From Lama glama (lineage: Eukaryota), in assembly GCA_028534125.1 (NCBI GenBank), contig CM052817.1:90894001-90958000 (forward strand): a stretch of DNA of 64,000 bases, given 5' to 3'. A program made the translations under genes and the position numbers. The notes under the pieces are model-generated. The model was not told the origin of the DNA. It searched no databases and worked only from the letters and a program-made list of their open reading frames with translations. Below, piece by piece: positions 51,213-64,000 of the stretch (positions are counted from its first letter, which is position 1; each line of letters opens with the position of its first letter).

Positions 51213-51420
51213 CTTTTTTTTCTTTCTCTGACTGATTTGTTTCACTTAGCTTAATGCCCTCAAGATCCATCCATATGGCCAAAAATGACAGGATTTTCTT
51301 CTTTTTTAAGGCTGAAATATGTCTATGTATTTAGTCTTTGTCTATTCATTGGTCAATGGACACTTAGGTTGTTTCCATATCTTGGCTATTGTAAATAATG
51401 TTGCAGTGAACATGGGGGGA
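51213..51420 (-). mobile_element. L1 3' region fragment
   Basis: tttcacttagc...aatggacacttaggttgtttccatatcttggctattgtaaataatgttgcagtgaacatggg. Confidence 0.85.
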
Positions 51421-52019
51421 AAATACTTCATTGTAGCCAGATCAGAACTCTCCTTTGAACACGAGCCTCCAACTTCATCCTTTGCTAGAGCTTCTTCCTA
51501 ATCTAGAATTCCTTCCTTTCAGCACCTGACCACATCCAAACCCTACTCATCCAAACCACACCAACCACCTTGTGAAGCTTCACTCATGCCACTCATTAGA
51601 ATTAGCCATTCATTCTTTGTACTCCAATGGTATCCTGTCTCCAGTACTGGACTTACAGTACTGTATAGCATAGTTAGATATAGAGCCTTACCTCCTTCAA
51701 GATTCTAATTTTTTTGCAGCCAGAGACTAATTTTATTCATGTCTGCATTCTTTCCACATATATAACATGTGGTATATATCAGTTGTTGAGTAAATGTCTA
51801 TTCTAATGAGTTTGGTAGAATCACTCATATCAGCATTGAAGTTAGTATCTGATATTAACTCAGTATTACTTTCTATGTTGACTGCTTTAATTTTCAAACT
51901 TTATACAAAAGTATTACAATTAAAAAGTTAAGTATGTTTTTGTTTTTAACGTGAGAGGAAACAGAGCAAAACACAATTTTATTAAAAAATTTGACTCTCT
52001 GAAACTCTATGTTTACTAA

Positions 52020-52270
52020 TAACAATAATGGTTGCCTTTTATTGAGTATCTACTCTATGCCAGGCACTGATTTAGTATTACACATTCATTATATCATTTA
52101 ATCTTCTAAAGAAACCTGTAAAGTACAGCAAACATAACTTTATATCCATTTTGCATATAAAGAAACTGAGTCTCAGAGAAGTAATCAGTCCCAGATCACA
52201 GGGCCACGTGGAGTTACCAGGCATCAAAGCCAAATTAGTCTAATACTAGAACCCATACTCTCGCAACTCT
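52020..52270 (-). mobile_element. MIR SINE
   Basis: ttattgagtatctactctatgccaggcactg...ccattttgcatataaagaaactgagtctcagaga. Confidence 0.85.
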
Positions 52271-53489
52271 GTCCCACCGTGTCCTCATCAACTGCTTTAG
52301 AGAAAAAATTGTGATGGCTGGAGAGGGACTCCAAAAAAGAAAGTAGACCGGAGTGGGCTGATGTTACAGGCTGTGCCCCAGAATGTCCCAAGAAAAATAT
52401 TTTATATTGATTAGAAGTATGTAGTAAAGGCAGAGGGAAATTTAGAGGACAGCCATTATGTACCTAGATGTTTGGTAATACAAGAAAACCCTTTTGCAAA
52501 TTCGTGAATTGAAATACTTGATATGATGAAATCTGCCCTTCTTATCTCGTGTTTCCTTGTTTAAGCCCCAGCCCCCTCCCCTCTCCCCTCCCTTGATCAA
52601 ACCTCAAAAACTGCCCTGAAAATGGTATTGGAGCCTATATTCATTTTGGTCTTTTTCATCCTTATACTAAAATGCACATCAAATGAGGAACGAGGAGAAC
52701 AAGTGAAATTAAAATTTTAATTGTAATGTAAAATTAGTGTATTTATTTCACAAGTCTCTCAAAGTGGCAACCAGCTTTGTAACGTTTTTCCATCCTTGTT
52801 TGAAAATGTTTCTGTGCTACATAGGAGAAATCTTCAAACTAACATTCTTGAGATGACAAATAGAGAAGAAATGTTTGGGAGCAAACATTTATAAAACATT
52901 TGAGGTCACTTGCTCTGTGTTAATCGAGCTTTCATTTCTAGGTGGGCTATTATGTTGTGTATAAACCAGGAAAGGTTATGTTTTATTTCACATAACCTAA
53001 GGCTAAGCTTCTGCTCTCTATCCAAATCTACAGCCATTCCTTTTTTTCCCCTTCTTTAAATTCCTCCTCAAAAGTCCCTCCCTCCTTCCCCGTAAATGTC
53101 TCTCCCAAAATGAAGTGGCTGTGGGGGAGGGGCCCAAGATTCAACAGAGAAAAATGGCTCTGAATCCGAAGCCAGATGCCAAATATGTCTACCCAAGGAG
53201 AATTACCCAACTTCTCCTTATTCATTTTCTGCCTTTATGGTCTTATATGTCTCATTAGATCATAAGCCCACAGGGAGAATTTGTGCTTTTAGGATCTATT
53301 CAACAAGTAGTACATTAAAAACACTGAAAAGATGCTTATCTTTAGAAATATGCAATGATGTAAAGTTGTAATAGTCATGGAGGAAAAGGACTGACCTATT
53401 TCTTGTTAAAATTATCTGCAGTTTCACGTCTAAAAGAGATAAAAAGTGTTTTATTCAAAATATTAACCTTGAGAAAACCTCACAGGCTA

Positions 53490-53700
53490 ATGCACGGAGG
53501 CTTGGCTGGGAGTCAGAACACCAGATCAAGTCCTAATTCTTCTACCAACTCAGCCTAAGAAGTTGGACCAGTTACTTTACTCATTTGCAGGAGTCCATGA
53601 AATAGGCATACTAACCCCTTCCTACCACCTCACAGGGATTTCTAAGTGTTAAATGAAATGAATTTTGTGAAAGTGCATTCATTAGTTTAAAACCATAATG
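53490..53700 (+). mobile_element. MIR SINE
   Basis: ggctgggagtcagaacaccagatcaagtcc...cacctcacagggatt...ttaaatgaaatgaa. Confidence 0.7.
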
Positions 53701-53744
53701 GATTGGCACGGTGGTTGTTATAGTTACTTCATTTGTTTTTTAGT

Positions 53745-54250
53745 GATTTCTAGTTCACCAGGATGAAATAACACACACATCTCCCTTTACTCCCTAAAAT
53801 CACCAAATCAGGAATAATAACCATTTAACAGATAGAAATCCATAAGGCACAAAGACAGAGAAACAACAGGAGATAAGAAATAACAACAAATATTTGGAAG
53901 AGGTAAAGCTAATCAAAGAACCAGAGTGAGGGGGAAGCTGAGTACCAAGTGCCTAGAGACACAATCAATTCCTACCCCCAAACTAAGAAAGGCTGGAGAA
54001 CTAAAGCATCAGTCATCTCAGGAGGCAAGAGTGAGGAGGAGGCTCGACCAGGGGGTTTGGTTCAAAGTCTAAGGAGCAGGATTACTTATACCTCCCACAG
54101 TCACTTGTTCTATGTATGGAGAAACTCCTGTTTCATGCTAACAGACACAATACAGAGAAAGAAAAACGCTGGACAGAAGTCGAAACAGTTAAGTATAGGT
54201 CAAAGTACTGAACAGTGAGGTGCCCCCTTTGGCTCCACTCCAAAAATTGC
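53745..54250 (+). mobile_element. Possible old L1M 5' end fragment
   Basis: A-rich sequence resembling L1ME/L1M5 5' UTRs (ctccctaaaatcacc...aacaacaaatatttggaag). Confidence 0.4.
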
Positions 54251-54849
54251 TGACCACCTGACATATCCCATGAAGACAAGCAGGAAACATGCCCTGCCTG
54301 TGCACTCATCAGTGGTTTACAAAAACGGTGGTAAATACCAGAAGAACTGCTAAAAGCATGAAAATAGGAGCTCCTCTATTGACAGCAAAACTCTTGAAAT
54401 ACTAATAAATCACTTATATGTATTACTTTGAAATTTTAAAATAATTTTTTAAAGATGTACTTTTCAAAGCAACTAGAGTCTGGGTTAATAAGAGAAGTTG
54501 ATATATTCCCCACTTTGGATTTTATTAGCAAAACAAGATTAAATCTAACAGATGGGGAATATAATAAAATTGACACAAAATGGCACATGCAACTTAGAAT
54601 ATTTTTGGCTGAGTCAGCCCAGTCCAGGAAGAATCACACGTGCTTGACAGCACTTGCTTAAGAGTTTATCACTTGTGGAAAGAGTGTTTTGGAGATGGGG
54701 CCGAGGGTGTTCTGGGGCCCATCTGCCAGTACCTCCTCAGGTACCAGCTGCCTGACCTGCCTTGTTTACAGACAGAGAACTTGCCCACTAACTTTTCTCT
54801 CTTCCTCTGGCCTCTCCTCCTTCTGATTCATTGCTACCCAAGCACTATT

Positions 54850-55335
54850 TCCAAAATGTGGCTCTGATCGAGTTGCCCTTCTTCTACAAATCTTTTGATG
54901 ACCCCACCCATTCAGCCTGGTCTCCTGAGCCACTGGGCACACTGAACAGAGAACTGCTTGCCTTCCCTTAAACTCTCCATTCACTTCCATGCCTCTGTAT
55001 CTCATATAAGCTCTTCCTCCTCCCTGCAAGGTTCTGTTCTGTCTTTCCTGGCAAAGATGCACTCCTTTTAAAAAACAAAACAAAAAAAACCAAAAACAGC
55101 TAAAAAATCATCATCCGGTCTCAACCCAGCAGGGTAAATTACTTGCTTATTATTCTTATTTCCCTATGTTTACACCCTGTGTTTTATTTGCTTCAACATC
55201 TATCTCCTCCCCAAGACTAGAAGTTCTCAAAAGCAGGCATCAGGTTTAATCATCTCTGTATCTTCAATATCAAGCAAAGTGTCAGACACACAGTTAGCCC
55301 TCAAGGAGTTTTTTGAATGAACCAGTAAAGAGTGA
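54850..55335 (+). mobile_element. L2 3' fragment
   Basis: tctatctcctccccaagactagaagttctcaaaagcagg...catctctgtatct...cacacagttagccctcaa...ttgaatgaa. Confidence 0.7.
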
Positions 55336-56564
55336 ATCAATCTCACATTAGTTTGGGCCTTGGCACACCTTATGCAAGAATGTCTATATCATGCTAATGT
55401 GAGAAACTGATTTACATGACGCTAGCTGGCTATCATCTAAGCTCCCAGGGCGTGAGGTCTAAATATCACCTCAAACGCAGGAATTATACCAATGCTCTTT
55501 TCCTCTTAGCGATAACAGAAAAGAATGCAACCCAGCAGTGAATCCGGTGTGTTGATCACTTGGAGCAGATCTTTTAATTTGCATGATAGGATTCAAAATC
55601 AGTAAAATATTTCATGGATGAATTAGAAGATACCCTTAACAAACAAAAATATTCTACCTTGCAGTCCATAGTCAGTTTTCCCTTTGAAATATGAAACATA
55701 AAAACTCCAAGAGGTCACAAAGCATGACAGAATTGAAGTAACTCAAGTTCCCCTCTTCCATCTTTACAGTCACGTGGTGTCATGGTTAATTTCTAACCTA
55801 CCGTTTAAAAGCAGGCACAGGAAACACCACCGGACTGGGAGACAGAAACTGCACTCCCAGAGAGTGCAAACGATTCTGAATCCCAGGGAACCTACTCTCC
55901 AAACCAATGCCTGTAGCTGACTCCGCCTGAGCCAGGGCCTATTGTATACCTGGGACGTCTCCAAATTAACTTCCATGCTGAATGCAATTTTTATTAAAGG
56001 AGAGCTCATAAAAATATGTTCAATTGGAAGCTTAGATATAAATTCATAAAACTCAACTGTAATCACAGCAATTGTTTAGCACTTAGGCCAACAAAAATAT
56101 CTGATTTGGTCGGGGGCGGGGTAAGTGATGGGGGCGGTAGGATTTTACCGCTGGCATTGTTTAAAACTGCCAGAGCATGGTGACAATAAGAAGTATATTA
56201 ACTCATAGTTTTATTTTTGGCTTTAAATTCTCTGCAGGCAAGATGTCCCTTTATTGCCTGCCCCCAGGAAGACTAGGAAATATCCCCTTCCCCCTTCCTC
56301 CATTGCATCATGACCTCTCCCCACTTCCTTCTAGGAACTGGGGAGCACACAGAGGAGGGGGAACCAAGGCTCTTCTGGAGAGCATCCAGCCAGAGTAGCC
56401 CGGCCTGAGGAGTCAGAGAGTTTCTGCAGCCTCCCACATGAGTCAGTGTTCAGACCTCAGCCATCTACCAGTCGCCACCTGCTGCAAGGGCCTTAGACAA
56501 ACCTCAAAGATGGCCAAATCTGTCACCTGCCTACTTCACCATGAACTTGTCTCCCTAGGTCCTA

Positions 56565-56954
56565 CTGGGTCAGTTTCCTAGGGCTGCCATAGGAAAATAC
56601 CCCCAACAGGGTGGCTTAAACAATAGAAATTTATTTTCTCACAGTTCTGGGGGCTAGAAGTCCAAGATCAAGGTGTCACCAGAGTTCTTTCTCCTCAGGC
56701 TTCCCTCTCTGGTTTGCAGGTGGGAGTTTCCTCCCTCTTTCTTCATATGGTCTTCCCTCTGTGTGTGTGTGTGTCCTAACTTCCTCTTCTTACAAGGACA
56801 CAAGGTATGTTAGATTAGAACCCACATATGACCTCATTTTATCTTAATTACCTCTTCAAAAACCCTGTCTCCAAATACAGCCACATTCTGAGGTACTTAC
56901 AGGGGGTTAGGACTTCAATATATGAATTTGGGAGGATACAGTTTAGACTAGAGC
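56565..56954 (-). mobile_element. MLT1B-like MaLR LTR
   Basis: ggtggcttaaacaatagaaatttattttctcacagttctgggggctagaagtccaagatcaaggtgtc...ccctgtctccaaatacagccacattctgaggtact. Confidence 0.92.
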
Positions 56955-59917
56955 ACCTACTCTCTGACCCAGAGGCACTCAATCCAACACCCCTTCCTTC
57001 CTGCCACGTCCAAAGCTCACCATCCACTTCCCACACCTGGATCATCTCATTTACCTGACTTCCATTTCCCAAACTCCAGCTCTAAGTGTCTCTTATTCTC
57101 CTTTCTAAGTGATGAGATTAGCAGAATAACCGGCTTTAGCTCTCCTGGAATAAATTGCATTTGAGAGAAGTCGGATAACTAAAATGACCCTCCAGTAGAA
57201 CCTACAGTTGATGGGGATGGAGGTGAGAAGTGCTGGTCTTTGGGTGCTTTCTGCCTCTTCCACTTCATCACCACCATCCCCACCGCCCATCCCCTCCCCC
57301 AACAAGCACATAGAGTTCTCAGAATTAAAATACAGAGGCTTCTTTCAACACCATATCTCCTCTCCCCTTTCCCACTCAAAGCCTGCATCACCTAGGCAGT
57401 AGACATGGAGTTCAGTAAATCATGGGCGGTCGTGTCTTGGAGAGAAAGATTATGGTCATTAAAAAACTACACTGCAAAACATAAGTTCCCACACTAAGTG
57501 CTCTTAGATATTATACTTCAAAAGCTACAGTTTGGCACATTGGAACCTGTGTAATGACATCTCTGTCCAGCCAGCCTCTGGTGTGGCATCTACTGCCTAG
57601 AAAAAGCATGCCTCTTACCTTTTTTTGAATTATGTAATTAGCAAATGGTAGGGACAGAAAAGTTAGAACTGCATCTAAAAAAGATACATTCCCAAATGGG
57701 CACTGTCACATGTCACATTATAGTTTATCTATCAGCTTTGCTGTTACCCAGAAAACTATTCTGAAAAGCATATTAAAATAACAAACAATAGAGGAAGAAA
57801 AGATATTGATGCTTTTGGCACTGTAAACTATAGCTTTCCACAATCACATACACAGTTTTCTTCTGAAGCTTCCAGAGGGAAAGGACTGAGTCTTTCAGTA
57901 CCACCAGAAACCGTAACAATATGAGGTTCTCTGTAGCTATACTGAACTGAACTAAATTGAATGGAAAGAGTATTTGTTTGCTGGCCTATCAACACATAAA
58001 CAGCTTATCGATCTTTGCCACTTAAGTCAGTGACAGAAAGAAGATCAGAACAGAGATTTGCACGTGACTATTTCAAACACTAAACTGCTCCAAATTTCTG
58101 ACTTTAAATAATTTCCACATTTCAGAAGTAGGAAATTTAAATAGAGCTGAGTTTTTCTTTTATCTATTAAGCTATCCCTTACCATAATTCCTAAATTCCT
58201 CTCAATGCTCAAGCTTGATCTGTTAGCATTTAATTATCCATATTACACCCAAAGTCATCTGCATCCAAGAAAAACATGAAATGCACAATTTAGAGAAGAG
58301 AAACACGACATTCAGTATTGTCTTACTTTCAGAAAATAATTCTGTATGCATGCAGAGCTTACGATGAACTAGGGAATAATTTAGTGTTATGACCCTCATA
58401 TTCAGTTGTTAATTACTTTTTCATTGTCCTCAATATATTTCTATTGCATCAATGGAAAACTGGAGTCATCCTCCAGTGACCAAAATTATACATATTAATT
58501 GTTATGAATATTAATTAAGAGCTTTGGGTCTTTATGGAAAACCATCTACTTCCTACTTCAAAGGCATTGAGTTTCAGTGCTATAAAAAATTTACTGCAGT
58601 TAAAAATTTTAATCAATAAGATTACAGGTTCTTCTGTTGTTTTTGTTCAACTTCTGGAGAGACAAATCTTTTTAAATGAAGTAATTGATCTACAGCGTTT
58701 TGTCTGCAAAAGAGCCTATTTCAAAAGAAAATAAATGTTCCATGTCTGATTTATGAAAAAATAGATATTACAGAAAGAAAGCTGTTTAGTTATCGAGGCT
58801 TTTAACAACCAAGTGAGAAGCTGGGAGAATCGATCAACCGTATTCATTGTGTTCAACCCCAGCGTGGCAGAGAACATAGTAGGGGTTATGAGGGGTGTTC
58901 ATAATCTTGTACTCACAGTGCTTGGAGAACATGTTTCAGAGTCTGCACATATATGCACACGCATAGCACGTCTGATAGAGCATTAAGGTGTTTGGAAGGG
59001 AAAACACTAACTCTTATTCCTAGGGGCTTTTTTCTTCTCTCTCATCTCCTTCCCAGTCCTTTGAGAACAGAACAGCCAATCAGACAGTATGAGGTGAACA
59101 GCATTAAGGGCAGATGGGCCCTGAATGTTGTGCAAAACAATTGTTCTTAATCTTAGTTTGGCTACATCTCAGATTAAATTTAATTATGCCAACTATCTAA
59201 CAATGTATGCAAACATTTATCAAAGCACAATTAATTTAAAATCATTTTCTTTAAAATATGTGTGTGTCATTTATCTTTGCTAGGAAGAGGGTCTTTGTTT
59301 TGAGGATAATTGCAAATGTGGTTTTCTTCATGTTGGTTGTAAAAGTCAAGGGGAAGATATCAACAATTACTAGGGCACACCAGTGACTCTTTCAAGTGTA
59401 TTACTCATGTCTTAAAGGCATCACTCAAATACCAATCTAAATAGCCTGTCCCAATTCTCCATTGGTTTCTGAGCACTCTTGCTCTGGGATTCTGTTCTCA
59501 GAGTGCCGTGAGCTTCACAGAGTCTCCTTTGTGGCCTCCGTTTTCCTCTTCCAGGACCAAGCCTCTATAGACATGAGGTCTGGCACCAACCCCTTTCCCT
59601 AAGCCCACTGCACACATCGTTGATGATATAGAAAACTTTACTAAGTGTTGGAGAGATCAGCGACCCTCATATCACAGAACAACAATAAGACTCGAAAATT
59701 AATATTTGGCTTTTTTGTTCTTAAACATTTCTCAGCAGACAATAACAAGAGTTGGTCAGGATGTGGAGAAGTTGGAACTTTCATACACTGCTGGTGGGAA
59801 TATAAAATGTTTCAGCCACTCTGGAAAATGGTTTGGCAGCTCCTCAAAATGCTAAATATAGAGTTACTGTATCACCCCGCAATTCTACATTCCCAAGAGA
59901 AATGAAAACATATATCC

Positions 59918-60385
59918 TATTAAAGAAAAAAGGATTCTGACACTTGTTAAAATGGTAAGGAAGACCATTCTAGACTATTGCAACGTGTCCAGACTATCAC
60001 ATAGCGGAGAGAGATGGGGTTTGACTCCAAATACAACAAAGACAGCTGGGGATTTATGGTCAACAATAAAAGTGAGGGAGTCAGTGTGTGGAAAATTAGG
60101 AGAAGACATGAAGGGTAGAGGGAATTTTGCTAAACTAACTTCGTGGGATTCTTGCTGAAGGCAGATCAAGGACTCACACAACAAAAGTGAAGTTGAAGAA
60201 TTTGACCAGATACCAGAATGATCAGTAATCAAAGGCTGAAGGATTCCTGCTCAACTGACTTGGCAAGATACTTGCTAAAACTGGGCTCTGCTGGCCTGGC
60301 AAGGACAGGACCAAGGTCAAATCCTAATGAAGGAAAAGAAACCGAGGAGCCCTTCAAAGCTTGGCCAAGGAGAGAGTCTTTGTCA
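59918..60385 (-). mobile_element. MER31-like ERV1 LTR
   Basis: Reverse complement begins tgacaaagactctctccttggccaagcttt, a MER31 5' motif; interrupts L1MB. Confidence 0.8.
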
Positions 60386-60465
60386 GTCAAAATTTGTACA
60401 TGAATGTTCATCCAAAAACTTGTACATGAATGTTAAAAGGAGAATTATTCATAATAGCCAGAAAG

Positions 60466-60598
60466 GGGGAAACATATAGCTCAGTGGCAGAGCACATGCT
60501 TAGCATGCACAAGGTCCTGGGTTCAATCCCCAGTACCTCCATTAAAATAAATAAATAAATAAACCTAATTACCTCGCCCCCCCAAAAGATACTGAAAT
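60466..60598 (+). mobile_element. tRNA-Ala-derived SINE (camelid vic-1-like) with perfect TSD
   Basis: tatagctcagtggcagagcacatgcttagcatgcacaaggtcctgggttcaatccccagtacctcca; TSD ataatagccagaaag at 60451-60465 and 60599-60613. Confidence 0.93.
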
Positions 60599-62129
60599 AT
60601 AATAGCCAGAAAGCAGAAACAACCCAAGGGATCATCAACTGATGACTGGATGAACAAAATGTGGTTTATTCATACAAGGGACTATTATTCCACAATAAAA
60701 AAAATGAAGTGTTGATATGTGCTAAAACAGGGGTGAACCTTGAAATATTATGCTAAGTGAAAGAAGCCAGTCACAAAGGACCACGTATAGTATGATTCCA
60801 TTTATATGAGATGGGCAGAAAAGGTAAATCCATAGAAACAAAAACTAAATGAGTGGTTGCCAGGGGCAGGAGGAAGGGGGAGTGGGGGCAACCGGTAATG
60901 GGTCCAGGATTTCCTTTGGGGGTCATGAAAATGTTCTAAAGTTACACAGTGGTGATCATTGCATAATGCTGTAAGTATGCTAAAAAACACTGAATTGCAT
61001 GCTTTAAAAGAGTAAATTTTATGGTGTATGAATTGTATCTCAATAAAGCTTTGTTGTAGAAAAAAGTTCTCGGGTGTTTCCACAAGTGAGGCTCCAGACA
61101 TGTACTAATTTGCTCAGTCTTCATTCTTTCCCTCTCTTCTTCCTCCACAGCAACAGAAAAACAATGACCCTCACTTTCTGATGGACAGCAAACCCACTTT
61201 CTCAAGTTCCTGCCTCAGTCCTGAGTTCTCTTTATTAATGTATTCTGATTACAAAATGAGCATTCTGCTAGAACCTTCCTTACACCCCAACAATCAGTAA
61301 TATATCCCCCTTTTAAAAAGAAGATAGGACTACCAGCGTATTTGACTTCTAAGTTTTGTGGATTTTTTTAACTCAATAACAACAATTCCATATTAAAATG
61401 AAGTGTGTTCATTGTAGTTTCAAGGCATGCACTATGCACTTCCGAAAAGGATGTCTCAAATTTTTTAAAAAACTCAGAACACAGAAAAGAAAATGATTAT
61501 TATGTAACAGCTACAAGGATGCTAACAACTTCTAATAATAAATAGAACCAAAGGAAAGCAATAATGGTTCATTTGAAATGGAACAACAACAGTCTTAAAT
61601 CCACTAGGATTAAATCTCATTTAACTGCTATCAGTATTTATGCCCATTCAGGTTATTTTGAGGACATATTAATAAAATATTAAATGCATAAATAACGACT
61701 ATACTGACAGAGAAAAACTATGATATGACAATTAAATAGAGCATGACATATGGATATACTATAAAATAATTTTGTTGACTACAGAAAATCAGCCACAAAA
61801 ATGCTTCTTTTCATGAAATAACAATGACTTCAGGTGTCTAATTAGACTGTTAGCATGTTGAAACTACAACCATCCATTATGCTTAGCTTTAGAGACCCCT
61901 AAACTGAACCCTGACTCTTGCTCTGTGTAATTCAAACACTTCAGATGCCACTAAACTGAAGAGCAGGTAATCAAAGGGATACCTGGATCAGCTAACTCAG
62001 AGAAATGGTACTGAGAGTAGCTAGTAAGCATATATAACCTTATGGAAAGGCCAAATATAGAAGCTGCCGATCAATTATTTTCTTGTTTTACTAAAGAAAT
62101 AATAACTACAAACAGATGCAAAGTATCTG

Positions 62130-62600
62130 GGAATTTCACTTAGGATTGTACTCCTTTGCAAATACAGAAAACCCAGCTATTTTACCTTACACAGATAGAA
62201 GTCTCCACAACTAGAGTCTAGGAGTAGATAATCTAGGAATAATAGTTGTTCGATGATGTCATCAGTGACTAAACTCATCCATCTTTCCACTCTACCATCC
62301 TGGCATGTGGGGCTTTGTTCTCATACTTGTTGCCTCACAGTTGCAAAATGGCTACCACACCTCCAGGCATCACATCCAAATTCCACCCAAGTAGAAAATG
62401 AGTAAAGGATGAAAGAACTGTGAAATTTTCTCTGAAATCTCTAACAGCTTTCTGCTTGTATCTCATTAGTCAAATGTATGTCAAAAGATACTCCTTAATG
62501 TAAAGTAATATGGGAGGGAGAATTTTTTTAAAAAAATAAGATCCTCAGGGAAGAAGGGTAGACTGGATATTGGGTAGGTGGCTAGCACTGGGTTTTACAG
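62130..62600 (-). mobile_element. MaLR LTR (MLT1J/K-like)
   Basis: gatgtcatcagtgac, ccatctttccactctaccatcct, ttgcaaaatggctaccacacctccaggcatcacatcc, ggatattgggtagg. Confidence 0.75.
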
Positions 62601-64000
62601 ATACATTCTCAGAGGTTTGCAAATTTTCTTGAAAATTTTTAATTTGTGGTTTTCACATTGATAACTCATTGATATAATTTAAATATTGAGCTAGATGACC
62701 ATCTTATAGTTCTTTGAGCCAGAAATGCTGTGTGATTTTGTTGACTATGTTTAAATCTATACATACAGAGGAACTGATGCCAAAAACCATTACTTCAGTT
62801 GTCATGACATAATGAGAAAAGTACAAAAACGGGAGGTGGACAATGCATAAGTGATGTGCTCGGAGAAAATAAAGAACAAATGACATCATGGCATGTGAGA
62901 CTGTTAGAAAAAGTAGATAAAATAGTCTGCAACATCTTTAGACAAGACTTCACCTTTGGCCAGTCTCTTGAAAATGTACACTTCCAGGCAATGACAAAGA
63001 GGTATTTGGAACAGTTTTTTTGTTGCCTTCAGTGTTTGGAATCTAGGTAGTCAGAAAAGCCACACAGTTAGAGCAGCACCAGCTTCTAATTTAGGCATTG
63101 CATTAACAAATATGTATGTTAGTGTTTCAAAAACAGGGGGAAAAAACAGAAGCCATAAGAAAGAAAGAAAAGAAAAATTAGGCATATACACATTACTGTG
63201 TCTAGCAAAAGCTAGTTTCCTCTGTAGCTTAATAAAATCCCATGGTTGTTCTTAATAAAAAAAAAAAAAGGACTCACTGGAACTGTCAACCATAGGTAAA
63301 AGGAAAAAAAAAGTCAACTTTAAAGGCACTTCAGAACTGGCTGAGAAATTTGATGAGCTTCCATTTTGCTGTCCAAGAAGGATGGCATTGTGTTGTTACT
63401 GAGTTCTTGCCTGATTCCAAAGCATTTTCCTCTCCATGGTAAACAGAAGTGGTAGAGGCATCAATGCCAAGCATTTTATCCCTCTGACCAAGATAGCTTG
63501 TGGAATCAAATTAACCACATCAATGTGCTTGGATTACTAAACAATTATATAACAATGGCCAGTGACAGAGTTTCCCAAAGTACAAAGCATAGTGGCTCAA
63601 ATTTTTTAAATCTAGAAAAAGAAGGGCTTCCTTTTATTTCCTCTCTTTGGAGAAAGCTATTCTCTAAAAGCTCTACAGCCTCCTGGAGCAATTTTAGTGG
63701 TTTTGAACATTCTGCTCTTTAAAGCCCCTAAAAATGAAAAATGCCATTCTATGAAGAACTAGGCTTCAAAATGAACATGAAATGGTAGATTTTTTTTTCC
63801 ATCTAAGGTCATCTACTTAATGAGCCCCCACCCAAGTTCAAAATCCCCTCAAGCCAATCAAACTTTTCTTTCTATTTGAGTTATATCTCCATCTTTTTCT
63901 TGGGTAAATGTTAGTGAGTTGTGCCCTGCCACCTGCTTCGCTGGTCCACAGCCTGCTCTCGGCTGGCTATCTCCACCTCATCCTTCCTCAGCCCATCCTT

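Larger units (their letters stand above)
50935..51810 (+). mobile_element. L2 fragments interrupted by SINE and L1
   Basis: ccttcagtggctttccatt, acccta ctcatcc, ttttattcatgtctgcattc...ttgagtaaatgtctatt. Confidence 0.55.
59735..61060 (+). mobile_element. L1MB 3' region hosting MER31 and SINE insertions
   Basis: ggatgtggagaagttggaac, cagccactctggaaaatggtttggcag, tatgctaagtgaaagaagccagtcacaaagg, gaattgtatctcaataaagct. Confidence 0.92.

Noticed and set aside
57619..57674. 56-nt minus-strand exon-like unit (cttttttag ... aag|gtaaga)
   Set aside because: Not a multiple of 3, short pyrimidine tract and no partner exons; likely a pseudo-exon
60466..60541. Functional tRNA-Ala(AGC) gene (also the copies at 45717, 48352 and 51027)
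   Set aside because: Acceptor stem disrupted, SINE-type tails and TSDs, and insertion inside other repeats
329..63722. The ORFs of 60-158 aa in the supplied track as protein-coding genes
   Set aside because: None resembles a protein I recognise, many lie within repeats or start at non-ATG codons, and there is no consistent exon chain

Overview
AT-rich, repeat-dense mammalian genomic DNA, either intergenic or deep intronic. It is most likely camelid: four tRNA-Ala(AGC)-derived SINEs resemble the camelid vic-1 family, and several cetartiodactyl-type L1 3' ends are present. I find no credible protein-coding gene, RNA gene or CRISPR-like array. The ORF track is consistent with chance ORFs in repeats and unique DNA. 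The only recognisable coding remnants are a disrupted Tigger1 transposase and a disrupted L1 ORF1/ORF2 start. Roughly half the window can be assigned by eye to transposable elements (Tigger1, hAT-Charlie MERs, L1, L2, L3/CR1, MIR, MaLR/ERVL/ERV1 LTRs, SINEs). Family names come from my recollection of consensus sequences, not from a database search, and boundaries are approximate unless TSDs are given. I did not find a convincing previously undescribed biological system. The best second-look items are a candidate 9-nt minus-strand microexon, a CpG-rich patch inside ancient repeats, an unassigned solo LTR with perfect TSD, a twin-primed inverted L1, a possible short L1 3' transduction and several candidate enhancer-like unique segments.
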